A stretch of DNA of 64,000 nt from Aigarchaeota archaeon (GTDB lineage Archaea; Thermoproteota; Nitrososphaeria_A; Caldarchaeales; Calditenuaceae). Below are positions 7,835-17,483 of this stretch, piece after piece (the first letter of the stretch is position 1; every line of letters begins with the position of its first letter). The position numbers were made by a program, and so were the translations under genes. A model generated the notes under the pieces. That model searched no databases. It saw nothing but the letters and a program-made list of their open reading frames with translations, and was not told the DNA's origin. The DNA lies in NCBI GenBank assembly GCA_025059745.1, contig JANXDH010000004.1:396618-460617 (forward strand), read 5' to 3'.

Positions 7835-10257
7835 TCATCAAGGAGGTCTACCTGAGGGACTTCATCTCGTACACCGAGGCGAGGGTGAAGTTCCCTTTAG
7901 GCGTCACGGTCATAGTCGGTGAGAACGGGAGCGGGAAGACCTCGATACTCGACGCAATCACCTACGCTCTCTTCATGGAGCACAGCAGAGGTCCTCGGCA
8001 GAATCTGATAAAGAGGGGCGCGACCTCCGCGAGAGTGGGGGCCGTCTTCTCCGTAAAGGGACGGAATTATCAGGTCGAGTGGGACCTCCTCTACCAGAAG
8101 TCTCCACGTGGTCACCTCAGAGACTTAGATAACGACCGTCCACTCGTCAAGCCAGGCTCTGGGGAGATGACGATAGTCCCTGAGATATCGAGGCTTACGG
8201 GTCTAGACAGCACCGTCTTCATGAACGCGATATACGTCAAGCAGGGCGAGATTGCGAGACTCCTCGATGATAAACCACACGAGAGAAAGAAGACAATCGC
8301 CCACCTCCTAGGGATAGAGGAGCTGGAGAAGTTATGGGATGCCATGAAGGGCCCCCTCAACGAGCTGGAGGAGAGGTTGGAATACTACGCGAGACAATTG
8401 GATAGAATGAAGGATGTCGAGGCCCAACTGAAGGAAAAGGAGCTGCAGCTCTCCGACAGGCAGAGCGAATATGGAGAGAAGGAGCATGAGAGAGTGAGAC
8501 TCGAGGAGGAGGTCCGCACACTCCAGAGGATGCTGAAGGAGATGGAGGAAAATAGGAGGAACCTCGAGGAGCTGGATGTGTCGATACTAAAATTAGAAGG
8601 GGAGATAGATAGCAGACGAAACGTAGTGAAGAGTCTGGACGAGAAGATCCAGAATCTAGAGGCTGCGCTCAGGGACCTCTCAGACAACCGGTCCTATCAT
8701 GAAGAGGCGGGGAAAATAGATGAGGAGCTGAGGGACTTGTCAAATCGGGTAGAGAGCATAGATCAGACGATCGATAAGAAGAGGCGTACCAAGTCTGAGG
8801 TCGAGAGGATGCGGTCAGAGCTGGACATGCTGGAGAAGGTCATAGCTGGTTTGGTGGACGATTTCAGGAGAGTGACAAGGGTCTCGGCCCACCCACTTGA
8901 ACTCCCGGACCTACGCGAGCACCTACTCAGGGATGTTGAGGTGAGGGTCGAAAAAGAGGAGAGAAAGCGACGAGCGAAAGAGCTGAAGAGGGCGAGATAC
9001 GGCGGCCTGATGTACGCATCGATCTCGGGGTCTTTCTTGGCGGCGACGATACTCTACTTGGCTTTTCAAAACCCACTCCCCGCCCTGCTCCCCATCATCA
9101 TCGAGGTGCCTGTTTATCTGCACCTTCGCCGGAGGCGAAAGTCGATCGAGGAAGAGATCAACAGCATTCAAGACGGGATAAAGGGTTTGTGGGAGGAGAG
9201 AGCCAAGCTTGAGGCTCTGACGGTCTCTGACGTTCGGGGACACCTTGAGAAGTACCAGAGACTGAGCGGCGAGATCAGCAGATTGGATGAGGACATCAAA
9301 GATTTAGACCAACTCGAGAGGGATCATTACAACCTCAGGGAGCGGATCAGGCAGTTGCAGGAGCATCTGGATCGCCTACAACCGATGAGCGAACGTTATG
9401 TGAAGGCCTTAGGAGTTATAGAGAGGGAGGGTCTGTCGTCACACGCTGAACTCGAGGAGCGGATCGAGCGGTTGAAGCGAGAGAGGAGCGATTCGGATGA
9501 GGTATTGAAGGGGATGAGAGAGAGGCTCGATGAGTTGAGGACCAGGAGGAGCTCCATCACGTACGATCGAGAGAAACACGACTCAACCCGAAAACGTCTC
9601 GAGGAGATCTTGCGAGAGCAGAGGGAGATCGAACAGATGGTCGCGAAGTTATCCGCAACTATAGAACATCTGAGTGAGGACTGCAAGAGGCTGAGGGTCG
9701 AGCTAGATAGTCTTAGAGAGATCAGGGACCGGTACCAGAGATTGGAGAGGGACGTCACCCTCCTTAGGAGGATCCGCGAGCTCTTTCATAAGGACGGGCT
9801 GCTCCAGAAGAGCGTCAGGAGGCAGGCTGCATCGATGATTGGGGAGGCCGCGAGGACTTTCCTCCAGGACTTCGGCCTGCAGTTCTCCGGTATTGAGGTG
9901 GACGAGGACTTTAACGTCAATGTCATCGGAAGGTACGGGAAGCAGCCCTTGGAGACGTTGAGTGGTGGTGAGCGGATCGTGGTCGCGCTGGTACTGAGGC
10001 TGGCGATAGCAGTCACTCTCGCCGGGGAGTCCCTGGAGACCATAATAATGGACGAGCCAACTGTCTACTTGGACTCGGAGAGGAGGCGAGAGCTCTCGGA
10101 GCTCCTCAAGAACTTCAGGGGAGGCGGGCGGCTGATACCTCAGGTGATAGTGGTCTCACACGACAGGGAGTTAGAGGACTCTGCAGACCAGGTATACGAG
10201 GTCGTCCTATCTGAGAGCGGATCAGTGATAAGAAATTACGGAGAGTTCAGTCCGTAG
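7831..10257 (+). CDS. rad50: Rad50 ATPase (SMC-like), atypical: no CxxC hook
   Basis: 808 aa; Walker A GENGSGKTS, signature LSGGE, Walker B IIMDEPTVYLD, VSHD; long heptad-rich Glu/Arg/Leu arms. Confidence 0.9.
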   Translation: MIIKEVYLRDFISYTEARVKFPLGVTVIVGENGSGKTSILDAITYALFMEHSRGPRQNLIKRGATSARVGAVFSVKGRNYQVEWDLLYQKSPRGHLRDLDNDRPLVKPGSGEMTIVPEISRLTGLDSTVFMNAIYVKQGEIARLLDDKPHERKKTIAHLLGIEELEKLWDAMKGPLNELEERLEYYARQLDRMKDVEAQLKEKELQLSDRQSEYGEKEHERVRLEEEVRTLQRMLKEMEENRRNLEELDVSILKLEGEIDSRRNVVKSLDEKIQNLEAALRDLSDNRSYHEEAGKIDEELRDLSNRVESIDQTIDKKRRTKSEVERMRSELDMLEKVIAGLVDDFRRVTRVSAHPLELPDLREHLLRDVEVRVEKEERKRRAKELKRARYGGLMYASISGSFLAATILYLAFQNPLPALLPIIIEVPVYLHLRRRRKSIEEEINSIQDGIKGLWEERAKLEALTVSDVRGHLEKYQRLSGEISRLDEDIKDLDQLERDHYNLRERIRQLQEHLDRLQPMSERYVKALGVIEREGLSSHAELEERIERLKRERSDSDEVLKGMRERLDELRTRRSSITYDREKHDSTRKRLEEILREQREIEQMVAKLSATIEHLSEDCKRLRVELDSLREIRDRYQRLERDVTLLRRIRELFHKDGLLQKSVRRQAASMIGEAARTFLQDFGLQFSGIEVDEDFNVNVIGRYGKQPLETLSGGERIVVALVLRLAIAVTLAGESLETIIMDEPTVYLDSERRRELSELLKNFRGGGRLIPQVIVVSHDRELEDSADQVYEVVLSESGSVIRNYGEFSP

Positions 10258-10356
10258 TGGCGCCCTCATAGGGTCAGCTCTGAGAGGCTACATCACTATA
10301 GTTCAGTCGACCTTCATTGGATTGCCCACCATTAGTAGTTTCTCTTAGCGACAAAG

Positions 10357-10430
10357 CGGGCCCGGCGGGATTTGAACCCGCGACCTGCCGGTTAAGAGCC
10401 GGCCGCTCTGCCTGCCTGAGCTACGGGCCC
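10357..10430 (-). tRNA. tRNA-Lys (anticodon CUU)
   Basis: Reverse complement folds as GGGCCCG-TA-GCTC..GAGC-G-GCCGG-CTCTTAA-CCGGC-AGGTC-GCGGG-TTCAAAT-CCCGC-CGGGCCC-G; 74 nt, no intron, no encoded CCA. Confidence 0.9.
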
Positions 10431-10539
10431 TTCGGGACATCCCGCTCTTCCGCTCGATATAAATGTGTGGAGAGGAGACCCGCAGATCGAGTCAACATGG
10501 TTGACGAAAAGTAGATGTCATGGGCCTCCGCCACTATCG

Positions 10540-11067
10540 ATGAAGTTGGAGATCAGACTCGTGGAGGCGATACTATACGTACTACCGGCGTACTGCGCTA
10601 ACGGTGCACCCGTCCTCTTCACTAGGTGGATGCACGTGCTCCATCCGATAGACATGGGTCTGAGGTTCATCGATGGCAGGAGGGTCCTCGGTGACGGTAA
10701 GACCTTCGAGGGTTTACTCGTCGGGGTCGCGTCAGGGTTGACCGTCGGCCTCGGTATCTACGCTATAGTCCCGCAATTCTACAGGACCTTGGTGGAGGTG
10801 ATGCTGCTGACAGTCGGGGCAATGGCCGGTGACGTCCTCGGCGCCTTCATAAAGAGGAGGATGGGGCTGAATCGCGGAGCGCCTGCACCAGTCCTAGATC
10901 AACTGAGCTTCCTCGTCACGGCCCTACTCCTAATCTATCTGACGGTTGGGTTGCCTGGTTGGCTCAATGCGGAGACGTTGTTGGGTATAGCGGCCTTCAC
11001 GGCACTCCTTCACGTTGGCACGAATTACGGTGCTTATAAGTTGGGGCTGAAGGATAGACCCTGGTAG
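10540..11067 (+). CDS. carS: CDP-archaeol synthase (DUF46 family)
   Basis: ATG at 10540 inside the longer ORF 10465-11067; motifs LPAYCANGAP, LGDGKTFEG, GDVLGAFIKRRMGL, PVLDQLSF; multi-TM. Confidence 0.85.
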   Translation: MKLEIRLVEAILYVLPAYCANGAPVLFTRWMHVLHPIDMGLRFIDGRRVLGDGKTFEGLLVGVASGLTVGLGIYAIVPQFYRTLVEVMLLTVGAMAGDVLGAFIKRRMGLNRGAPAPVLDQLSFLVTALLLIYLTVGLPGWLNAETLLGIAAFTALLHVGTNYGAYKLGLKDRPW

Positions 11068-11074
11068 GTAGTGG

Positions 11075-11725
11075 ATGACGAGGGTACTTCTCGGTCACGA
11101 GAGATCATCCATATCGACTGCCGCGTCACTGATTCGAGCTAACGGAACGATTATCTATCCCACCGACACCGTGTACGGTCTAGGTTGCAACCCGTTCTCA
11201 GAGACCGCGGTGAGGAGAGTCTTTGAGCTGAAGAGGAGAGAGGCTAAGCCCATGCCAGTCCTCTGCGCCGATATCGATCAGGTGAGCGCGGTAGCGTACT
11301 TGACGGAGGACGCGATGAAGCTAGCGGCCCTATTCTGGCCCGGTCCACTCTCCATTGTACTGAGGAAGAGGGAGGGACTTCCCCCTCTACTGACGTCTCA
11401 CAGGGACGAGGTAGCCGTCAGGATACCAGCGAACGTGGTAGCTCTAGAGTTGATGCGGACTTCAGGCTCTCCCATTGTAGGCACTAGCGCCAACATCTCG
11501 GGTGAGGAGGCCGCGACGAAAATCGATGAACTGCCCAACGAGTTACTCATGAACGTAGACCTAGTGGTAGACGGAGGGCCGACGCTCTACAAGAAGTCAT
11601 CGACCGTAGTGAGAATGGTGGGCGGCGAGATAGTCGTGCTCAGGGAGGGCGCGGTCAGTGTTGAGCAGCTGATCAGTCGGATCGAGGAGGCCCGGTTAGA
11701 TTTGAGCGTGAGGAGGTATGGATGA
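11075..11725 (+). CDS. tsaC: L-threonylcarbamoyladenylate synthase (YrdC/Sua5 family, YrdC domain only)
   Basis: 216 aa; YPTDTVYGLGCNP, KRREAKPMPVL, TSANISGE. Confidence 0.85.
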   Translation: MTRVLLGHERSSISTAASLIRANGTIIYPTDTVYGLGCNPFSETAVRRVFELKRREAKPMPVLCADIDQVSAVAYLTEDAMKLAALFWPGPLSIVLRKREGLPPLLTSHRDEVAVRIPANVVALELMRTSGSPIVGTSANISGEEAATKIDELPNELLMNVDLVVDGGPTLYKKSSTVVRMVGGEIVVLREGAVSVEQLISRIEEARLDLSVRRYG

Positions 11726-11727
11726 TA

Positions 11728-12738
11728 TCAGATCTTGCTTATCAATCTTATCCAGTCCCTTAATCTTATGTGCATGCCGTACCTATCCTCGTTGATCTTC
11801 ATGTGGATGAAAGGTTTCAGTACTACGGGCCAGTCCCGGAACCAGCTGAACTCCTTCTTGATCTTCTTCTTGACGAAGTTAAAGGCGTCGAAATATACCC
11901 TGAACTTCCTCAGCACTGTCCGTTCGTAATCCTCGAGCTTCTCTTCGTTGATGTGCTCAGCCAAGATGGCCGCGCACTGCATACCCGGTATTATCCCCTC
12001 ACCCAGCACGGGATAGACGGTTCCTATGCTCTCACCTACTCCATAGACAGGTCCTAGACTCATCGGTCTGCACAGGTGCGGGGGTGCGATCCTCACCGGC
12101 CTGCCTATCCGCATAGCGACCTCTCCGCGCCCCCCCTCCATAAACGAGTTTAACACCCCGATGTGCTTCTTGTAATAGTCCCCGGCGCCAACGTGAGCCA
12201 CCCCATCGCCGAGCGGGAAGTACCAGAGGTAACCTGACAGACCGGGTATCGGTTTTATGTAGAAGTCCTCGTACGGAGGGTTGTCGTAGAAGACCTTGTA
12301 CTCCAGGGTGGGTATGTAGTAGTCCCTCTCCAACCTAGGCAGGAGGGCCCTGTGAAAGCCAGTTGCGTCTACTATCAGGTCGTACCCTGAAGGAGGCTCC
12401 CTAACTACCTTGTGACCGTAGACCACCTCGATGGATCTATGCATATCTGTGACGAACCTCCTCTTATCGAATGTGCAAAGACCCTTGAGTGGTATCTCCA
12501 TCTCCGAGTCCCAGAGGTCGACGATCATCCGTCTACCCTCGAAGAAGATGTAATCGTCGAAGTTGAGCCCTATCCTCCCGGCCAACTTGCGTAGTTCGTG
12601 GACGCTCGTACCCCACGCGCACACCGTGAAGAACCTATCATCAGGCTGCTGTTCGAAGACAGTCACCTCGTGCCTCTCGCTGAGCAGGTTGGCCAGGTAG
12701 CTCCCTGAGACCCCCCCTCCAACTATCGCTACGCGCAT
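11728..12738 (-). CDS. FAD-dependent oxidoreductase, geranylgeranyl reductase family
   Basis: 336 aa; N-terminal dinucleotide fold MRVAIVGGGVSGSYLA..EVTVFE; shorter than typical GGR, so the exact substrate is uncertain. Confidence 0.6.
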   Translation of the reverse strand: MRVAIVGGGVSGSYLANLLSERHEVTVFEQQPDDRFFTVCAWGTSVHELRKLAGRIGLNFDDYIFFEGRRMIVDLWDSEMEIPLKGLCTFDKRRFVTDMHRSIEVVYGHKVVREPPSGYDLIVDATGFHRALLPRLERDYYIPTLEYKVFYDNPPYEDFYIKPIPGLSGYLWYFPLGDGVAHVGAGDYYKKHIGVLNSFMEGGRGEVAMRIGRPVRIAPPHLCRPMSLGPVYGVGESIGTVYPVLGEGIIPGMQCAAILAEHINEEKLEDYERTVLRKFRVYFDAFNFVKKKIKKEFSWFRDWPVVLKPFIHMKINEDRYGMHIRLRDWIRLISKI

Positions 12739-12773
12739 CCTCTCTGATTGATCGATGAGGTAAGGTAAAAACT

Positions 12774-13499
12774 CTACTCGAGATGTTCACGACGTTGTCG
12801 ACCCTCAGCAGTGACTACGGTGCCCGCCTCATCCCTCAGGATGGCCGCCTTGAGCATCTCCCTGTCCCGACCGTTTACAAACAAGAGCCTCATCCTCGAC
12901 CTCTCAGCTACGCTCAGCCCAACCGAGTCTATGAGTTTGTAGGCGCCAGCAGCGTGGGAGGTGTTCAACAAGAGCCTTTTCACAGTGTCGTAGTCCGCGA
13001 CCCGCAATCTCCTCGCGTTAGGGTTCACTCTCGGGTCTGAGTCGTATATGCCGTCTACGTCGGTCGCAACTATCATCCGGTTTGCTCTAGCGGCCTGCGC
13101 GCACAGGGCGGCCACAGCAAAGGTGGACTGTCCCGGCCAGAGGCCACCCACCACGACCATTCTCGAGACGCTCAAGGCCTCCTTGAGGTAATCGAGGTCT
13201 GTCGGTACCGTAGGGTGAGCGTGAGGCTGGAGGAACTGAATGAAGATCATTGCGTGCACCCTCGTGATAGCTATGGCTATCGAGTCGCACGTGGCCTCAT
13301 CAGCACCCGCAGCCCTCGCGGCATCTATGTACTTCCTCGCACCATCACCACCACCTACTACCACGACCCACTTTTCATCACCCTGATAGGCCTCCATGAG
13401 CGTTTTGGCGATGGACTTCATCGAGTCTATGTCGATCTCGCCGCCACTACTTATCAGGTGCCCTCCGATCTTTATCACCAGCGCCATCCCAAGTCCCAC
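12774..13499 (-). CDS. pyrH: uridylate (UMP) kinase, archaeal type
   Basis: 241 aa; amino-acid-kinase fold motifs KIGG, VVVGGGDGARKY, PGQST, ATDVDGIYDSDPRVNPNA; true start may be the Met at 13487. Confidence 0.8.
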   Translation of the reverse strand: MGLGMALVIKIGGHLISSGGEIDIDSMKSIAKTLMEAYQGDEKWVVVVGGGDGARKYIDAARAAGADEATCDSIAIAITRVHAMIFIQFLQPHAHPTVPTDLDYLKEALSVSRMVVVGGLWPGQSTFAVAALCAQAARANRMIVATDVDGIYDSDPRVNPNARRLRVADYDTVKRLLLNTSHAAGAYKLIDSVGLSVAERSRMRLLFVNGRDREMLKAAILRDEAGTVVTAEGRQRREHLE

Positions 13500-13577
13500 A
13501 CGACATCATAAGAGATAAGGATTGAAAAACTTAATCAGAGATGCAGTTAATAGGATCGATACGGGTCACTAACGAGG

Positions 13578-14897
13578 ATGGAGAGGGGAAGCAACTATTG
13601 GGTCGAGGACCTCAGACTTGCACCCTCGGGACGTGAGAGGATCTCTTGGGCCGAGAGACACATGCCGGTCTGTATGCGGATAAGAAAGAGGTTTGAGAGC
13701 GAGAGGCCGCTCGAGGGCATCAAGGTATCGATGTGCGTTCACGTCACCAAGGAGACCGCGGTGCTTGCTAGGACCCTCTCTGCGGGTGGTGCGAGGGTCT
13801 CGGTCTCAGCATCCAACCCCTCGAGCACTCAGAACGAGGTGGCCTCGGCGCTGGTAGAGGACGGTATATCGGTCTACGCCTTCAGGGGTCAGGACGTGCA
13901 GCAGTACTACCAGTGCATAGTCCTCTCTCTGAGTCAAGGTCCAGACGTTACGGTCGACGATGGAGCTGACATGACCATCCTAGTTCACAAGCTGAGACAC
14001 TCGATAGACGGAGAGGAGGTCCGTATTGCGAGAGGTGTTCTCTCGGAGATCTCGAACTCGCTGAGCAGGATCGTGGGCGGTACTGAGGAGACCACGACCG
14101 GCGTGATAAGGTTGAGGTCGTTGAGGAGGGATGGGCTCCTGCTCTACCCCGTGATAGCGGTAAACGACACTCCGACCAAACGTCTCTTCGACAACCCCAT
14201 CGGCACTGGACAGTCAGCCATCGACGGCTTGTTGAGGGCGACCAACGTACTCCTAGCGGGAAAGAGGGTGGTGGTCGTGGGGTACGGTCAGGTCGGATCG
14301 GGTATTGCCGCGAGGGCCAGGGGTCTAGGAGCGAACGTGATAGTGGTTGAGGTCGACCCGGTGAGGGCCCTCATGGCCGCTATGAACGGATATGAGGTCA
14401 CCACGATGTCTGAGGCCTCAAAGGTGGGTGACGTTTTCATCACGGCCACTGGCAACACCTCAGTCATCAGGGGTGAACACATGAACTCGATGAAGGACGG
14501 AGCGTTATTGGCTAACGCCGGTCATTACGACGTGGAGATCTCCAAGGGTGACCTCGAGGCTCTGGCGGTCGAGGTGAGGAATGTCTCCCCGCTAGTGACT
14601 GAGTACAAGTTAAAGTCAGGAAGATCGCTCTACCTACTCGCGGGGGGTAGGCTCGTCAACTTAGTCGCTGCTGAGGGTCACCCGTCAGAGGTGATGGACT
14701 TAAGCTTCGCCCTCCAGGCCCTATCTGTCGAGTACATAGTCAAGAACAGTGGAAGGTTACCCGTTGACGTCCTAGACGTCCCCAGTCAGATCGATAGGAG
14801 CGTAGCGATGGAGAAGCTTAAGAGTATAGGGATCGGATTGGAGGAGATGACCGACGAGCAGAGGCGCTATTACTCCGAATGGAGGTACGGCACCTGA
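13578..14897 (+). CDS. ahcY: adenosylhomocysteinase
   Basis: 439 aa; ISWAERHMPV, NAD fold VVVVGYGQVGSGIA, GHPSEVMDLSFALQAL. Confidence 0.9.
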   Translation: MERGSNYWVEDLRLAPSGRERISWAERHMPVCMRIRKRFESERPLEGIKVSMCVHVTKETAVLARTLSAGGARVSVSASNPSSTQNEVASALVEDGISVYAFRGQDVQQYYQCIVLSLSQGPDVTVDDGADMTILVHKLRHSIDGEEVRIARGVLSEISNSLSRIVGGTEETTTGVIRLRSLRRDGLLLYPVIAVNDTPTKRLFDNPIGTGQSAIDGLLRATNVLLAGKRVVVVGYGQVGSGIAARARGLGANVIVVEVDPVRALMAAMNGYEVTTMSEASKVGDVFITATGNTSVIRGEHMNSMKDGALLANAGHYDVEISKGDLEALAVEVRNVSPLVTEYKLKSGRSLYLLAGGRLVNLVAAEGHPSEVMDLSFALQALSVEYIVKNSGRLPVDVLDVPSQIDRSVAMEKLKSIGIGLEEMTDEQRRYYSEWRYGT

Positions 14898-14898
14898 T

Positions 14899-15624
14899 CT
14901 ACCTCTTCCTCCTCCCAGTCCTCCTCGCTGCTATCAGCCCGATCTTCTGCCCAGGTGGGGCGTTCCTGCTCACGGTCTCGGGCCTCCCTATCCTCTTGTG
15001 ACTTCCACCCCCGAACGGGTGCCTTGCGGGTACCATGGTGACGCCCCTGACCCTCGGATAGGAACCGAGTCTGTGCTTTGCCCGCATGAAATGAAACTTC
15101 TTCCCCGCTTTGAGGAAGGGTTTGTCAACCCTACCGCCGCCCGAGACAGCACCGATTATCGCTAACGACCTGTTGCTCACCTCGATGACCTTCTTGGAGG
15201 GCAGCATGAGGATGGTCCTGTCATCGAGCTGTGACGAGACCGTTGCGTAAGCTCCGGACGACCTCGCCAACTTCCCTCCGTCTCCCGGATGCAGTTCTAC
15301 ACAAGAGACTAGCGTGCCCTCGGGGACTTTACCGAGGGGTACTATGTTGCCCGGATCGATCTTTGCACCCTCTCCTGCCTCAATGCGTTGTCCTACGCGC
15401 AGCCCAACCACTGCGGGCACGTAATAGTGTTCTCCGTCTGCCCTCAGGACCGCTACCGGCACCCCCCTCCCCGGGTCGTGGACGATGTCCTGGACGTAAG
15501 AGACCAGCAATCTGTTGCTGTTGATGAGTGATGAGGGATACCCGACCTCGTAATTTCGACGGATGCTACCGATGTAAGTTGGTGATCCCCTACCTATCCT
15601 CTGAGCCCTTGTCCGTCTAGGCAA
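14899..15624 (-). CDS. rpl2: 50S ribosomal protein uL2 (L2)
   Basis: 241 aa; GRG...YVQDIVHDPGRGVPVA, VMPARHPFGGGSHKRIGRP; not flanked by other ribosomal protein genes. Confidence 0.95.
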   Translation of the reverse strand: MPRRTRAQRIGRGSPTYIGSIRRNYEVGYPSSLINSNRLLVSYVQDIVHDPGRGVPVAVLRADGEHYYVPAVVGLRVGQRIEAGEGAKIDPGNIVPLGKVPEGTLVSCVELHPGDGGKLARSSGAYATVSSQLDDRTILMLPSKKVIEVSNRSLAIIGAVSGGGRVDKPFLKAGKKFHFMRAKHRLGSYPRVRGVTMVPARHPFGGGSHKRIGRPETVSRNAPPGQKIGLIAARRTGRRKR

Positions 15625-15726
15625 CCCCCTTATCGCCTATCTGAGTCTCTCCCCGCGCCCTCCTCAAATAGATTTACTGGACGCGCCTCACCGGCCTCGA
15701 GACCTACAAGTATGATGAAGGGGTTA

Positions 15727-15744
15727 GAAAAATTAATCTATAAG
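15727..15744 (+). promoter_or_regulatory. putative TATA/BRE region for sod
   Basis: AAAAATTAATCTATAAG centred about 30 nt upstream of the ATG at 15768, consistent with a leaderless or short-leader archaeal promoter. Confidence 0.35.
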
Positions 15745-15767
15745 AGACACGCAGAGGATAACGCGAG

Positions 15768-16373
15768 ATGAAGAAGTACGAGTTACCTCAACTTCCTTAC
15801 GCGTACAATGCATTGGAGCCCGTGATATCAGAGGAGATAATGAGGCTTCACCACACAAAGCACCATATGGCCTACGTCAACGGAGCAAATGCCGCCTTAG
15901 AGCGGTTGGAGAAGCAGAGGAAGGGAGAGAACCCCGAGAACGTGAGGGGGATACTGAGGGATCTGAGCTTCAACCTCTCAGGACATAAGCTGCACGCCGT
16001 GTTCTGGCCTAATATGGCGCCTCAGGGAAAGGGAGGCGGAAAGCCGGGAGGTACGATAGCCAATCAGATCGAGAGGGACTTCGGTAGCTTTGACAACTTC
16101 AAGAAGCAATTCAGTGACGCTGCGAAGAACGTCGAGGCCGTTGGATGGGCGATACTGACATACGATAAGGAGTCTGACACCCTCCTCATATATCAGGTCG
16201 AGAAGCAGAACTTCATGCACCCTCCAGATCTACCGTTAGTCCTGACTCTTGACGTCTGGGAGCACGCGTACTACCTTCAGTATAAGAACGACAGAGGAAG
16301 TTATGTGGACAACTGGTGGAACGTCGTGAACTGGGACGACGTTGAGAAGAGGTTCTCTAGGGTCAAGACCTGA
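15768..16373 (+). CDS. sod: Fe/Mn superoxide dismutase
   Basis: 201 aa; LPYAYNALEP, HHTKHH, DVWEHAYYLQYKN. Confidence 0.95.
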   Translation: MKKYELPQLPYAYNALEPVISEEIMRLHHTKHHMAYVNGANAALERLEKQRKGENPENVRGILRDLSFNLSGHKLHAVFWPNMAPQGKGGGKPGGTIANQIERDFGSFDNFKKQFSDAAKNVEAVGWAILTYDKESDTLLIYQVEKQNFMHPPDLPLVLTLDVWEHAYYLQYKNDRGSYVDNWWNVVNWDDVEKRFSRVKT

Positions 16374-16379
16374 ACTAAA

Positions 16380-16384
16380 TTTTT
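16380..16384 (+). terminator. oligo-T tract after the sod stop
   Basis: TTTTT 7 nt after the TGA; archaeal RNAP terminates at oligo-T. Lies between convergent genes. Confidence 0.3.
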
Positions 16385-16390
16385 CCAATC

Positions 16391-17350
16391 TTATGATTTA
16401 GTTTTAATGCGTTGTGATAAGTACCAGTTCGCGTACCTCTTCACCGTCTCCTCAAACCCGACCTCAGGCGACCACCCTAATTGAGCCCTCGCTTTGCTGT
16501 TATCGGAGTAGCTCTCGTGCGACTCGTGGGGCGCAAGCTCTCTCCGGATCACCTCGACCCTTCTCCCTAAAGCTTTCATCATCTCTACCGCGAGGTCCTC
16601 TACACTCACCGGCGCACCCCTCCCTATGTTGTAAACCTCTCCCCTGGCTCCCCTCTCTGTCGTGAGTATGGTCCCCGAAACCACGTCCCCGACGTAGGTG
16701 AAGTCTCTAGTCGCCGGTTTGAAGACACCGTTAACAGTCTTCCCGTTGACCTCGACTGGTCGTCCCTCATAGATTTTATCCGCGAAGATCTTGAAGACGA
16801 TGTTCGACCTGCACCTTTCTCCAACCACGTTAAAGTACCTGGTCATTACCACATCGAGCCCGTAGTCCCTCGCATACTCCTTCGAGATCTCCTCCCCTAT
16901 CCACTTGCTGAGAGCGTAAGGTCCTTTAGGTCTCGGAGGCAGGTCCTCACGTAACGGAGGCTTGTGGTCGCCGTAGATGCTGCTGGAGGAGGCGAATAAC
17001 ACTCTCGGTGACGGTTCACAGACCCTCGCAGCCTCCAGGACGTTTAGTACCGTGATCACGTTGTTCTCAAGGTAGGCGTGAGGCTCTAGGAGGCTCAGTC
17101 TGTGGGACGCCAACGCTCCGAGATGAAAGATCGTCGAGGGTCTATAGTGCTTTACTACCGAGATCACGTGGTCGTGAGACCTGAGGTCCATCAATATCGG
17201 TACCATGTTCTTGGCGTTCTGGTGTCTCCGTAAATCTTCCAGATAACTCTCGCCTATCGAGGGGTGCCCAACCGCTAGTACCCCCTCACCAGTCGATAGT
17301 AGTGACTCGACCAAGTGACTACCTATGAACCCAAAAGCGCCCGTGACCAT
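16391..17350 (-). CDS. NAD-dependent nucleotide-sugar epimerase/dehydratase
   Basis: Rossmann VTGAFGFIGSHL, catalytic YALSK. The ORF extends to 17383, but a TATA-like CTTAAATAGA (17388-17397, minus strand) favours the Met at 17350. Confidence 0.85.
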   Translation of the reverse strand: MVTGAFGFIGSHLVESLLSTGEGVLAVGHPSIGESYLEDLRRHQNAKNMVPILMDLRSHDHVISVVKHYRPSTIFHLGALASHRLSLLEPHAYLENNVITVLNVLEAARVCEPSPRVLFASSSSIYGDHKPPLREDLPPRPKGPYALSKWIGEEISKEYARDYGLDVVMTRYFNVVGERCRSNIVFKIFADKIYEGRPVEVNGKTVNGVFKPATRDFTYVGDVVSGTILTTERGARGEVYNIGRGAPVSVEDLAVEMMKALGRRVEVIRRELAPHESHESYSDNSKARAQLGWSPEVGFEETVKRYANWYLSQRIKTKS

Positions 17351-17483
17351 CTTCAAGTGCTTCACCTGTGGTCTCGCACCCACCCCTCTATTTAAGATTC
17401 AACGAAATTTGTCGCGCCCCGAGACCTCAGACATCACAGATATAAGCAGCGTAGGTGTAGACGGATCAAAGTTGGTAACCGTA

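Noticed and set aside
15711-15717. ATGATGA C-box-like motif in the rpl2/sod intergenic region
   Set aside because: No downstream CUGA box on the same strand before the sod start; more likely part of the promoter region.
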